NCBI RefSeq assembly: GCF_006345805.1
Contig: NC_043001.1
Location: 103,230,001 to 103,294,000, forward strand
Source: Octopus sinensis
Lineage: Eukaryota
Direction: 5' to 3'
Length of the DNA: 64,000 nt
The position numbers and the translations under genes were made by a program. Below the pieces are notes generated by a model. The model was given only the letters and a program-made list of their open reading frames with translations. It was not told where the DNA came from and ran no database searches. Below are positions 1 through 14,084 of the stretch, one piece after another. Every line of letters begins with the position of its first letter. Position 1 is the first letter of the stretch.

Positions 1-734
1 CGGATGGAATAAAACCCAAGCAGTTAACACATAGGCATTAGCATGACTTCGGTATGGAGCTGGAATCATGAAGTGGCAAAAGAAAGAACTGACATTGAAC
101 ATTGAAAGAATTTACTGAGGATAACATTTCTCCCTACCATCTCTTCCTTTCAACGATAAACTCGAAAAAGTAGAAGAGAGTTTGGCCGAAGGAGAATGTG
201 CCGTCTTCAATCCTTTCAACCGCACTACCTCATTCGCCTCAGATAAAAGAAGGCGGCGGGGGCGATTTTCACAATATGCTCGGCTGGCAAACGGATTCGA
301 CTTACCCATCACGACGACGACGACGACGACGACAACAACAACAACAACAATAAAGAAACGCAGAGGCGTTTAACATTCAGAGAACGCTACTTGACTGAAA
401 AATATCAGATAACAACAATCAAAAATAACGAACGGACTCTAAGAAATGTCAAAAATACCGAAAATAAATGTGAAAATAACTTATTGATATTTAAATCGCA
501 TAATTAATTTATTACGAATATCTAAAATAGCTGGCGATCTTATCATGTGCTATCAAACGATCGGCGCACGGTTCATATAAACAACAGACTCTTTTCCTCT
601 CTCCACTAAAAAATAGCAAATTTTATAAGTAAAAACCGACGATTATTAGTAAGAAAATCCGAAGTCTGAGTACGAACATAAAATGACGAAGTATGGCGTA
701 TGCAAGTAAACCACAAACCCGACAAAAATATTAA

Positions 735-1123
735 TCTTTATATATATAAAGCTGAAGTTGTCTGTTGGCAGGTTTGGTAGCCTTCAATTAACACTATCTC
801 CTCCAAGACCTTGCGGCGCAAGTTGACCAAAATTGAGAGTATGATAGAAGAAGGCTTGCTCTTCCTTCCGTAGAAGAAAAAATTCAAATCGGACCATGTT
901 AACATCAAAAATTATTTACATAAAAAAGGTTCTTTTTTTCTATAAAAATCCCTATTTTTTACGATTTTTTGACTACTGTGTCGCTATTTTTCGGTGTATT
1001 TCAACCAGAAAAATGTTCACTTAAAGAGAATAACAAGCTACATAATGCAAACCTTTTACTTTTCAAAAATTCCTATTCTAAAGGGTTGAAACAAACCCGA
1101 GCAACGCCGGGCGATACTGCTAG
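735..1123 (+). mobile_element. Non-autonomous Helitron-like element
   Basis: 5' TC, 3' GC-rich motif GCAACGCCGGGCGATACTG then CTAG; inserted between A and T. Confidence 0.7.
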
Positions 1124-2076
1124 TTACCTAGTAAAGACAAAGTATATTAAAGATTTACAAAGATATTGTGCCTTACTTTTTGTGTTAGCAGTGCGATGTG
1201 CTCATTTTAGTCTATCATTCTAGATTGTCTACAAAACTCGGTGCTGGCTCTGAATTCTATAGAAAATATGTAGAGATAAATCTAAATGAATAATTATTTA
1301 AATAGGACTGTTTCTTTGGATCATACAGGAAGATGTAAAATCCGGCAAACAGGAAGGTGTAAAAACAAAGCAGAAAAGGCATAATGGGACACTTAAAGCA
1401 TATCTTACTGCCATACTCTTCTAAGACAGGTAAACCAAAAGAATACCAAGAATCAAAATAGAAAACCGTTTCTACAAATAAAAAAACGCAAAATAAACAA
1501 GACAAACAAAAATATAAAACACGTACAAAATGAATAATGAAACAATAAAACGAAATGATTAAATAGTGACCAACAAAAACTGAAAGTGTTAATATGGACA
1601 AGAATATAGATATAAAGAAAGTTGAAGAATTGGAATTTCCAAAGATGATGTTATTCATGAACATGTCAATCTAAATAATTAAGGAATGTTTTCCAAAGAT
1701 GTTTTCCAAAGATAAAACTCAAAATTAAAATGCCTGCAAGCATAAAAGGAACAGTCTGGCCTCCACAGACTGAATACAAAGAAGAACGTCCGTATCCCCG
1801 AGTTAAACGAAATAATGTATGCAGCAGTGACAGTAGTTACAAAGAAATATGGGTCTTCACTTAGATTTGAATACAAAGGATATAAAATATACACACAAAA
1901 ATACACCTATTAAAAACAAACATATAAAAGGAGACCAGAATAAGAAAGAAAAGTGCTTCAAGTCTCAAGAAAATTATAAAAATGGAAAAGAGAAATATGA
2001 CAAAACAAAAAAAGAATTAACCAAAATGAAAGGAAATTTGAAAGAAGAGATTCTCATTAAATCACGAAGAATAGGC

Positions 2077-3130
2077 GTAGGAGTGGAGGTACGGTGAGAG
2101 GTTTGTTTCCTAACCACATGGTTTCGGGTTCAATCCTACCACGTGGTACCTTTTAGTTTAGCAAAGTTTTAGTTGAACAAAGTTTTGTGAGTGGATTTTG
2201 TTGACAGAAACTGAAAAAGCCGTCGTGTATGTTTGTATTTGTTCCCCCACCACCGCTTGATAACCAGTGCTGGTGTGTCCCCGTAACATAGCAGTTCGGC
2301 AAAAGAGCTCGATAGAATAAGCAGCAAGCTTAAAAAATAAGTCTTAGGGTCGATTGCTTCGACTAAAATTCTTCAAGGCAGTGCTCCAGTATGGCCACAG
2401 TCTAATGGCTGCAACAAGTGAAAGAATAAAAGCAGAGTTGTGTGTTCAAACAATTCTCGCTTCGACACTTCTTTACTTCCGCTTCTCCATCAAAAAGACT
2501 TCCGTTGCTATTCTTTAATACAATGTCTAACCGATCGAGCAAACGTGTTCAATGTCATTCGAATCGCAACAAACCTATTTTTATTTTCGAAAAAAGGGCG
2601 TAGAACATGATTTAAGGGAAATTCAACTGCTATTTCTCACAGGTTGAACTCGTTATTGTTATTTTATCTGTGGCTTTCACACAAAGCTGCTCTAACAGGC
2701 GAGCGAGCTGGCAGAAACGTTAGCAGACCGGGCGAAATGATTTGCAGTGTTTCGTCTGTCGTTACGTTCTGAGTTCAAATTCTGCCGGGGTCGACTTTGC
2801 CTTTCATCCTTTCGGGGTCGATAAATTAAGTACCAGAAATGCACTGGGGTCGATGTAATCGACTTAATCCCTTTGTCTGTCCTTGTTTGACCCCTCTATG
2901 TGTAGCCCCTTGTGGGCAATAAAGAAATAAGAAACGTTAGCATGCTGGGTGAAGTGCTCAGCGGTATTTCGTCAGTCTTTACGTTCTGAGTTCAAATTCC
3001 GCCGTGGTAGATTTTGCCTTTCATCCTTTCGGGGTTGATAAATTTAGTGTCTGTTGCGTACTGGGGTCGATTTAATCGACTTGCCCCCTCCCCCCAAAAT
3101 TCCAGGCCTTGTGCCTGGAGTAGAAAAAAA
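2077..3130 (+). mobile_element. Cluster of three tRNA-derived SINEs (Octopus OK/OR-like)
   Basis: Box-B-like GGTTCAATCC / GAGTTCAAATTC followed by the family core GTCGACTTTGCCTTTCATCCTTTCGGGGTCGATAA, which recurs across the window. Confidence 0.75.
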
Positions 3131-4574
3131 TAAAAAGCTCCTCTAAAAGACTCGGCTCACAAAGTGATTGTTTTTTGCTGCACTTACAGTTGTTGTTGTT
3201 GTTGTTTTTGTTGTTATGCCTTTTAGAAAATACAGAAATTAAAAAAAATTAATGACCCGTAATTTGCTGAAAACAACTGAATGTGTTTTGACATCAACTC
3301 AAAGAAGATAATTATAAATTGCATAAAAGTTTTTTAATGCATTAATCTTTTTTTTCTATTTTTAGAAAATTGTTTTGTATTTATTGGCAATATCAAACAC
3401 AAATGACTGGATTATCAATTAAACTAAAATCGTTTCGAGAAAACGAACGAACAATCAAAAGTCACGTAGACCGAGTGACGCCAAAAGACATTTCTCAACA
3501 CACTCACACATACAAAGCGAAGACAAACTCATACAGCTAGAAATAGTGCGAGTAAAGCCATTAGCTTCTGATGTTTTTGCATTGGACCTGTGTTAATTTT
3601 CTGTACAATGTTAATTGTAAAGGCAGCAGGTCTTTAAAAAAAGGTGAAAGACATTAAAAGAAGACTTATAGTTTTTATCGTTGAATGGGAGAAATATACA
3701 CTGTCCGTGAACCTTACCACACACACACACACACGCAATTATAGTATAAGATATGAATTCATAGAATCGTGTGGCTTTCACACAAAGCTCCTCTAACAGA
3801 CTCGGTTATCAGACCACACAGTAATTCAATACGAAGAAATGTAATGCAGAATGTCTACGCAGCTAAAACCCAGAAGATCTGATCGATAAAGTTGTTTCAC
3901 GAGGAGTATATAAACCATAAAAAGTCAGGAACTATTATGAGAGGTGAATATATTTATTTCACCACTTGTTATCCTTAGGGTTGCGGCCGTTTCGCAAACT
4001 TATTCTTGTAATAATATTTTCAGTGTGGAAGAGATTGTGCTTACACGCTTGTATTAATATACATGCTTTGCATTATGCGATGCAATTTAAAGGTTTACAA
4101 ATCAATGCAAATGTATATACAAAGAATAAACAACTGTAGAGGAAGTATATCAATGCGAACGTGTAAGCATAATTTCTTCCAGACTAAAATCATTACTACA
4201 AGAATAAGGCTGCGAAACAGCCGTAACCTTAAGGATGTCAAGTTGTTAAATAAATATATTCACCTTTCATACATCCTGACTTTTTATGGTACATGCACAC
4301 ACACGCACGTATGTATATATGTGTGTGTATGTGTGTGTATGTATATATATGTATGTGTATATATGCATATATATATATATGTATATATATATATGGATAT
4401 ATATGATATATATATATATATACATGATAAATAGGTTTAGTGTATTGAGGGTGTTGTGAAATCTTCGTAGGTCTTCTTTTGGACTATCCTCCAAAATGAA
4501 GCAGTCATCGAGGTAGCGTTTTCACTTCTTCACAATGTTTTCTTTGACGTTGTGATCAGAGATTTCTCCTATTT

Positions 4575-6185
4575 CCTCGTAATATATATATACATACGAC
4601 GAGCTTCTTTCAGTTTCCGTCTGCCAGATCCACTCACAAGGCTTTGGTTGGTCTGAGGCTATAGTAGAAGACACTTGGACCAAAGTGCCATGCAGTGGGA
4701 CTGAAACCGGAACCATGTGTTTGGGAAGCAAGCTTCTTACCACACAGCCACTCCCGGTATATATTTAATTTCTGCGTGAATAATATATGATATAATAATA
4801 AGTAGCGCTGATATATCGATTGCTCGGCAGTTCTTTCGTGACAAAACAGAAGATGAATTTCCCCTGGCGGTGGTTAGAAGCTACATTGGAATAAAATATC
4901 ACCATATTCTTCATTACTTTTCTCTTGAGGTTGCCGAAGTTTCCTGCTGTCCTCATAGCGATTGAAATCCAGTCCCTTGAGGAAGTTAATCATCCAAATT
5001 GTCATACAATTACTTGTCATAAAATATATCTATCTGCTGTTAGTTATTCGATAGTAATTAGACTGCGGTCATGCTGGGGCACCACCTTGAACGGTTTAGT
5101 GGAACAACTCGACCCCGGTACACTTTTCTCCCCTAAAAATTCGACGTTTACTCCATTGGTCTCTTATGCCGAACCGCTACGACACGGAGATGTAAGCAAA
5201 CCAACACCGGTTGTCAAGTGTTGGTGGACACACACACACACACACACATACATACAACGGGCTTTTTTCTGTTTCTATCTACCAAATCCACTCACAAGAG
5301 TTTGGCCGGCCCAAGGTGCCACGCAGTGGGACTGAACCCGGAACCATAAGAGAGACCTGTCTCACGTGTTAGTTCACAGCGTCTACTTTTACGGTCTCTG
5401 TTGCTGAAGAGGAGATAACCACTCCGAAATGCATGCATCCACCAATGTGGTTAGGGAATGCTGTGAGCTGCTGACTCCGTGTATTTACACCTAGATGTCT
5501 ACAGCGTGAAATTTTCTCCAGAACAAAACACCGAATGGCTTTCATACGAGTTCGAATATATCTCTAGCATAATCGAACTGGTAACAAGTCCATATTTATA
5601 AACATCACTGATTAGCGCTGTCACTCATACATACATACATACATACATACATACATACATACATACATACATACATACATGCATGTATATACGGCTATAG
5701 TAGAAGACACTTGCCCAAGGTGTCATGCAGCGGGACTGAACCCAGAACCATGTGGCTGGGGAACAAACTTCTTATCACATAGTCACACCTGCGATTACAT
5801 GTACATGTTTATGTCCAATGTGTGTATATGTATGCATGTATATACGTATTTTTTTTTACTTGTTTCAGTCATTTGACTGCGGCCATGCTGGAGCACCGCC
5901 TTTAGTCGAGCAAATCGCCCCCAGGACTTATTCTTTGTAAGCCTAGTACTTATTCTATCGGCCGTCAAGCGATGTTGGGGCACAGCCACACAAACATACA
6001 CACACACACACACGCACACACACATATATACGACGGGCTTCTATCAGTTTCCGTCTACCAAATCAACTCACAAGGCTTTGGTGGGTCCGAAGTTATAGTA
6101 GAAGACACTTGTCCAGGGTACCACGCAGTGGAACTGAACCCGGAACCATGTGGTTGTTAAGCAATCTACTTTACCACACAGCCAC
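4575..6185 (-). mobile_element. Cluster of reverse-strand tRNA-derived SINEs
   Basis: Repeated TTCAGTTTCCGTCT..CAAATCCACTCACAAGGCTTTGG..TAGTAGAAGACACTTG..GGACTGAACCC..ACCATGTG units. Confidence 0.72.
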
Positions 6186-6189
6186 ATAC

Positions 6190-6392
6190 TTACTTATGTG
6201 TGTATGTATGTATGTATGTATGTATGTATGTATATATGCATGTATGTATGTATGCATGTACGTATGCATGCATGCATGTATGTATGTATGCATGTATGTA
6301 TGTATGTATGTCTGTCTGTCTGTCTGTATGTATGTATGTATGTATGCATGTGTGTATGTATGTATGTATGTATGTATGTATGTATGTATGTA

Positions 6393-6427
<35 letters not shown>

Positions 6428-6500
6428 ATGTATGTATGTATGCATGCATGCATGCATGATTGCATGCATGTATGTATGTATGTATATATGTATGTATGCG
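6190..6500. repeat. (TATG)n/(TG)n compound microsatellite
   Basis: Direct reading. Similar arrays at 13365-13625 and 10770-10890. Confidence 0.97.
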
Positions 6501-7529
6501 ACACAACTACGCCTGCACTCCGCCTACAATCATATATTTATTCACACAAGAATCTTTCTACAACCAAATGAGGTGTGGAACCTTTCACAAAAGCAAAATA
6601 CAAATCGAAATCAAACCCATGGATACATCACACGTTACAATGCACATGATAATGATATCATGGAATATACTAAGGTTTGCTGCTATAAAAGTTTATATTC
6701 GGTATTCATGAGTTTATCAGTCATAAATTCATCATATCTGATTTTATCGGTTATGAAATTTTTCTAACTGATTTTATCAGTTATAACAACTCCCGAGAGT
6801 TTGCTACTCAGCGCAGAATGCGAAGGCCACGCGCTATTGCGGCATTTTATTTTTGAAAATGACTTTACAAAGGTCTCGAAACAGCAGAGTAACGGATGCA
6901 GGAACTCTACCGTTGCAAACAAAACATAAAAAAGTAATTAGTCGTAGTTGTGAGGTAAGAACTTGGCTTCCCAACCACATCGTTTTGAATTCAGTTTCAA
7001 TGTGGCACCTTGAGGAAGTGTCTTCTACTATGGCATCGAACCAACCAAGGCCATGTGAGTGAATTTGGGAGACGGAAACTGATAGAAACTCACGATATAT
7101 ATATATATATATATTGGTTCGTTTTGTTCTCTTACTTTATAATCATCTTATAAGCATCTCATAATAATGCCTTTTATGACTCGTATTACTACCTCAGTCA
7201 ATCTAAATGTATATATTTGTCGTTACCTGTCATAAATAGCCTTTTTCTATTTGCAATATGCATTTTCGTTGATTTTTCATATTTTACCCTTACATTTCCA
7301 CGTGTATTTTATATTTTCTTTTCGTAACATATTTCTACTATATATATATATATATATATATATTTTCAATATGTGACCGCGTGTGTGTCGTTGTCGACTT
7401 TCTTTGTCCTAGTACTTATTCTAGCCTAGTATATATTTAGTTTTAGCTCAGAGCTGTGACCATGCTGGGATACCGCCGCTTTGCTACACTGATATTATTG
7501 AAAGCCTCCTCTGATATATGGCATTTGGT

Positions 7530-7823
7530 GAATAAGGGAGTTTGATGGCGCTACCCTCATTTGCACGTCTTGCTGCGAGGTGGGTTCATCTGGGACTCTC
7601 GATAGGAAGAGGTCCAGTTTTTATTTGAACACACCTACATCCACTCAGGCTCTTTGGGAGGATATTAAAAAGCTGTGGGCCCCTGAAACCCAGGCTGTTG
7701 CAGCAACTGGTCCTGAAGCGCGATGGCATTGTTGGGATTTTTGGCCCTGTGCTGTGTCGACCCGTTCTGGCGTTGGTGTAACTTTCAATGCCAAAATTTG
7801 GCACGATTCCTTCCAGGATCTTC
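7530..7823 (-). mobile_element. CR1/L2-type LINE 3' fragment
   Basis: NSLGFRGPQLFNILP motif typical of CR1 3' ends. Confidence 0.7.
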
Positions 7824-7890
7824 CGATATGCACTGATAATAACTACAGAAATCAACCGTTGATTTCTGTAGTTATTATCAGTGCATATCG
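7824..7890. repeat. Perfect palindrome, 33-bp arms, 1-nt spacer
   Basis: CGATATGCACTGATAATAACTACAGAAATCAAC-C-GTTGATTTCTGTAGTTATTATCAGTGCATATCG. Confidence 0.92.
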
Positions 7891-8289
7891 GCGATTGAAA
7901 CAAGAGTTTTGGGTGTTATTTCCAGCAGGTACACATACCTAGTATATCCTTTGATTAATTTTAATTCTTCAACTATTTAACGCTTTTTGGGGGCTTTCAA
8001 TCGCTCGTATCATTGATTCTGTTATCATTTTTAAATTGTTGCACTAGATAACGAGTCAATGACGTTCGCAAATCATTTTTCTCGAATTATTTGCTCCTAT
8101 TGAAATTATATATATATATATATATATACATATATATATAGTCAATCCAAACAAGAACAGGCAAGAAAAAACAACAACGTGAGGACGTGGAACAAGACGC
8201 TCAGGAAAGGGAAGACGGAGAAATTTATATATATATATATGTAATGGTGGTGGTGGTTTGGGTGGGGGTGGGGGTGGGGCTGATGAGAC

Positions 8290-9125
8290 TAATATGCAGT
8301 TGAATGTCGCAAAATTTCAAGCACTCCGCCATTAGCCCATAAACAAACTACAGCTGAAGTACACGGGACCAGCAGGCAATGTAATCCCAGAATTGGAATC
8401 GGTGCGTGACCTGGAAATCCACATGAGCAACGACTCAACTTTCCATGTGCATATTGCTCAGATGACGACACTATGCAGGCGGGTGGCAGGTTGGACTCTT
8501 AGATCCTTCAGAACCAGGAATAGAGACACAGTGCTTCCGCTTTGGAGAACTTTTGACCCCAGTCGTCTGGACTACTGCTCCCAACTGTGGTCTCCACAGA
8601 GTGTAAAACTAATTGCAGAACTAGAAGCGATCCAACACCACTAGACAAAGAAGATAGACTCAGGAAAACAGGTGGGCTACAGGCAGGGGTTGAAAGAACT
8701 GGGACTCTGCTCCCTGGAGAGAAGGCGTGAGATATATACAGTGCTATACACGTGGAAAATAACGGAGGATCTGACTCCGAATTTTGGATTGAAATCTACA
8801 ACAACCCCCAAACTGGACGGCACGGCACAGTACCAAAGGTCCTATCTCCTCCATCTTTTCCATGATTCAAGGGCCCACAACATTTTAATGCCCTACCACA
8901 GAACACCAGGGATCTGCAAGGTGTAACCATGGACGTTTTCAAAAAACGTCTAGGCAGTATTTTGTCTGCAATTCCGGATGGACCCACATTGTCTGCAATT
9001 CCGGATGGACCCACGGATGGAGGCACAAAGAAGAGCGATAACGTCCAACGAGCAAACTTCACCAGAAGCAATACTGATCAGAAGCCATGAGAGCCACTGC
9101 CTGGTACTGCATCAGCAGAGGGCAT
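8290..9125 (+). mobile_element. Decayed CR1/L2-type LINE 3' region
   Basis: VRDLEI, RLDYCSQLWSP, LEAIQ and LGLCSLERRR motifs, with internal stops. Confidence 0.8.
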
Positions 9126-9137
9126 TCATCATCATTA

Positions 9138-9184
<47 letters not shown>

Positions 9185-9532
9185 TTTTTTTTTTTTTCTT
9201 TTTTTTTCTTCTTTCAAATTTGCTTCCATTTCTTGCCGAGTGTCTTCCCGACTGCTAGGGCAAAGAAACGCATAGTATACATTGGTAGGCCATTAAACCA
9301 AACTCAATAGTTCGCTCATTTTTTTTTTAAAGTTATATTAAAATACATGAGCAGCAACAGTTCTCACATCGACAATGCTCTTCTCAATACGTGTGATGTA
9401 CCAGTTAAGACAATCTTTTGCACTTCTTGCAGGGATGGTATATACAGTGCTATTATTATCATCATTATTATTATTATCATCATTATTATTATTATTATTA
9501 TTATTAATATTATTATTATTATTATTATTATC

Positions 9533-9567
<35 letters not shown>

Positions 9568-9852
9568 TATTATTATTATCATTATTATTATTATTGTGAT
9601 TGTTGTTGTTGTTGTTGTTATCTTGACAATTGTCGATGCATTAGAACATCTTCTGTCCTGAAACTCATTTAAAAACATCAACATCCAACGGATTCATGAT
9701 TCCTTTGCCGTGTTTCACAAATATAGCAACCGAGAGAACAGCAATCATTCACAGTAATCTACCAAACAAGACGACTGCATTAATACCAAGTTATCACTAA
9801 AACCCCAGACAGAAAAAACAGGGCATTTACGTTTCGAAAATAATATATAAAA

Positions 9853-10252
9853 CTAGCAGTATCGCCCGGCGTTGCCCGGGTTTGTAAGGGAAATAACTAT
9901 ATAAGCATTTTCAGAGAGTTATAGCCAAAAAATAGCAAAAAATGCATTAAAAATGGAAAAAAAAATGATGGTAAAGTTTTTTAAAAATCGTTGACTCATC
10001 GTAGACATTTTTAGAGACTTACTTTCCTTATAGTAATAGCAAAAAAAATGCATTAAAATGGAAAAAAATGATGGTAAATTTTTTTTTAAATCGTACACTC
10101 ATCGTAGACGCGCGCTAATACCCAGAAGGGCTCGATATGAATCACGACTATAAGATACCCGGTTTTGGTTAGACTGCACCGCAAAATGTGGGAGTAGTTA
10201 GGAATCTAAATCGTAGGAGACAGAAACACAACCTCTCTTTTATATATAAAGA
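9853..10252 (-). mobile_element. Non-autonomous Helitron-like element
   Basis: Same 5' TCTTTATATATA and 3' ...CGCCGGGCGATACTGCTAG termini as 735-1123, on the reverse strand. Confidence 0.7.
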
Positions 10253-11048
10253 TAAATCGGAATATTATTAATGGTGGCTCATCCTGGGATATTCAACAAT
10301 CAATAATGCTGTTTCATTTAATACCACTGGATAATTCCATGCAATTCTATTGATTTACACCGCTTTAATGACTTCTAACATTTCGATACAATTTGAAGTT
10401 ATCTCTTATTAATGCAGAAGAATGGAATGCGATTCTTTTTACGTTCTAAACAATTATCTTTTCAAAAGTTTGGAATATTTTTGAGCCTTGATCGAGTCTT
10501 GTAATATTTCTGTCATACCTAGTTAGGATATGAAAGTACTTATGTAGGAACCACTACAGACATCTCCAGGTGGTTCTTAGTGTTTTGCAACAAATCACAC
10601 GCCATTACTGAGTTTAAACCTGAGTACACCTTAGCAAGTGTAACCTATTAGCTCTTTAAACTACATAAACATAACTGGTCCTCCGTCGGTTACGATGACA
10701 AGGGCTCCGATCGATCCAGTCAACGGAACAGCCTGTTCGTCAAACTAACGTTGCAAGTGGCTGAGCATCCTACATACGTACATGCATACATACATGCATA
10801 CATACATACATGCATACATGCATGCATACATACATAGAGACATACATGCATACATACATACAGACATACATACATACATAAATACATACGAGCAGGAGCG
10901 GCTGTGTGCTAAGAAATTTGCTTCTAAACCACATGGTTCCGTATTCAGTCCCACTGTTTGACACCTTGAACAAGTGTCATCGATTACAGCCTCGGGCCAA
11001 CCAAAGCATTGTGAGTAGAGTTGACGGAAACTGAAAGAAACTCGTCGC

Positions 11049-11080
<32 letters not shown>

Positions 11081-11165
11081 TAAGGGTAAAAATTGATATT
11101 AGTCAATTAAAACCAGTGGTCTAGCACATTAAAAAGAATCCGAAGATTAAAATATTTATATATAC

Positions 11166-11329
11166 CAATTAAGGACTGAACACGAAAAGGTGGACAGTCA
11201 ACATGCTAGATATAGACGTCAAATCGCCATTCTCCACAATGATTTTGAGAACAAAATCATTGTGGAGAATGGCGATTTGACGTCTATATCTAGCATGTTG
11301 ACTGTCCACCTTTTCGTGTTCAGTCCTTA

Positions 11330-11333
<4 letters not shown>
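11166..11333. repeat. Perfect palindrome, 82-bp arms, 4-nt loop
   Basis: 11166-11247 is the reverse complement of 11252-11333; loop AGAA. Confidence 0.92.
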
Positions 11334-11399
<66 letters not shown>

Positions 11400-11929
11400 G
11401 AGAGAGAGAGATCATTCATAAACATCCAGTTCACTGGTATGTCAGTTGGATATTGGATACCATATAAATATGGGTATAATGCAATTACAAAGATAAATAA
11501 AGTAGAGAGATTCTATTGACAATCCAATAATTTATTTATATTATAATATTACATGATATTCTGTGAATATAATATAACATAATATTATATAACATAAACA
11601 ATTATTTAAAAAAAACATAAAAGGCCAACAAATTGCTTCGACTTATATACATTTTCTGATATATATATACGCAATAACAGTTCCCTTTAGATATATATAA
11701 GTCACTTCAGAGTCATGGTTTAAAGATAGATGAAATTCTGTGTGAAAGGACGGCTGAATTGTAAAAATGATTTCAAATGTCTATGTATTATGAGCGTGAG
11801 CGTTAACTATTCAATCATAAATCAATAATAATTGTAAAACAATAAAAGCACTCTAACGGACGATACAACCAAATAAGTGGGATCAACAACCATCGAAATT
11901 CACTTCATTACATCTCAAACATATACCAA

Positions 11930-12345
11930 TTGACGCAAGGGTAAAAAAAATGAGGTCCTCCAAACTGCGGAATTTGTCCCAATCTTTTGGAAGGATCAGA
12001 ATTCCATTTTAGACAAGGACAACTATTCAAAATTAAATCAACTTCACTTGCGCCTCTGAAAACCTTATTTATGTAATCAGATGCTTGGGTTACCACAAAA
12101 AAACTATATAGGATCTACATAAATGTCTCTCAGACGAAAATGTACAGTCCACAGACAACAGATATTTCCCCCGCAATATCGCCAGATCTCAGTGAACACA
12201 CTAACAGATGTGCAGAACAACTGCAACCACAATTCTTAATCTTCCCATCATATCAATTTGCTATTTGGACTTCAACACAAGTGCGACTAAATAAAGAGGC
12301 CTCATTTATCGAAAAATATAAATCAGAATTAAATATAAACCCATA
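11930..12345 (+). pseudogene. Decayed Penelope-type GIY-YIG endonuclease fragment
   Basis: Hand translation across frameshifts: CGICP...CASENLIYVIRC...YIGST...LR...VHRQQI...E..FI.KYK.ELN. Confidence 0.72.
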
Positions 12346-12992
12346 TTGAAAAGTAATTATTTACATCATCTCTTGAATATAATATTGATATAAGCCAGAC
12401 TCAAATACAAATCAATATTAAAAATTACAGATTTACCTCTCCTTTACTGAAAAATACCTTCGTTACCCCTAGCAAACAAAATCTTTAACTCCGAATTATA
12501 TCCAACATTCAAACTTTGAAAAGCGTTAGCGAAACAGCTTATGTTGGAAGAAAAAAATCTTATTTTGTATAATATTGTACAATAGTTTTGCTCTGGTGAT
12601 TCTAATATATTCTTTAGTTGTGTAAAAGAAATCTTCGTGTTTTTTCATCTTTTTTGTTTCCTTGCACGAACACACACACACACACACACACACACCACAT
12701 GTATGTGTATATATATATATCTGTGTGTGTGTGTGTGTGTTCGTGCCTGTGTAATTAAAGATGCACCGGAACGTGTGACATGTTAGCAAAAAGCAGGGAT
12801 AATGCAGATCAGCCCCAGCCACCTGCACCTCTGGCTCCGAAGTGATTTAAGAGCCATTACAATATTTGTAAAACCCGTCTGTGTGTACGCAAACGTCCGG
12901 TTCGGTTCGCAGCTCCCCTGTATCTCTTTGTGTATGATTGTATCTATTATATCTATGTACGTACACCGACACAAACATATGTTTCTCGACAC

Positions 12993-13155
12993 CAGTGGTT
13001 CCCAGCTTTTTCACTACCAAGGACCCCTTTTATTGAAATGAGGTTTCTCACGAACCCAAGGGTATTGAAAGGTCTGTCAGCTTAACATTTTCACACACCC
13101 TACTACTACCTTGTGGACCACCAAGGGTCCGCGGGCCACAGGTTGGGAATCACTG
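12993..13155. mobile_element. hAT-type MITE
   Basis: CAGTGGTTCCCA / TGGGAATCACTG TIRs; 8-bp TSD CTCGACAC/CTCTACAC (1 mismatch). Confidence 0.75.
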
Positions 13156-13959
13156 CTCTACACTATAGTTAAAGACATTAGAACAAAAATATTAATCCCT
13201 ATTCGTGTCTGCCTGCCTGTTTGTCTGTCTGTCTCTTTCTCAATCTCTCTTTCTTTCTTTCATCTCTCTCTCTCTTGTCTCTTTTCTGTAGTTGTATTGA
13301 CATTCCTATTGAGGTACACACAGGTACATATATATCACTATGACAACGATATTATCTGTCAGCATGTATGTATGTATGTATGTATGTATGTATGTATGTA
13401 TGTATGTATGTATGTATGTATGTATGTATGTTTGTGTGTGTGTATGTATGTATGTTTGTGTGTATGTATGTATGTATGTATGTATGTATGTATGTATGTA
13501 TGTATGTATGTATGTATGTATGTATGTTTGTGTGTATGTATATATGTATGTATGTTTGTATGTATGTATGTGTGTGTTGTGTGTGTGTGCGCGCGTGTGA
13601 TTGTGCATGTGTGTGTGTGTGTGTACACGAGTTCACATTTCTCAACAAGATCATTAAAGAACTATTAAAAACAGGGGGTTGTGGCGAACCTTGCTGTACT
13701 CTTTCACCACAACTTTCTCTCACTCTTTCTTCCTGTTTCTCTTGTACCTGTATTTCAAAGGGCCAGCCTTGTCACACTCTTGTGCCACGCTGAATCTCCC
13801 CGAGAACTACATTAAGGGTACACATGTTTGTGGAGTGCTGAGCCACTTGCACATTAATTTCACAAGCAACATGTTCCGTTGATCGGATCAAATGGAACTC
13901 TTGTCGTCGCAACCGACGGAGTGCCACAATGATTATATATATATATATATATCTATATA

Positions 13960-14013
<54 letters not shown>

Positions 14014-14029
14014 CATAATAACCAACAAC

Positions 14030-14066
<37 letters not shown>

Positions 14067-14084
14067 TAATAATAATAATAATAA

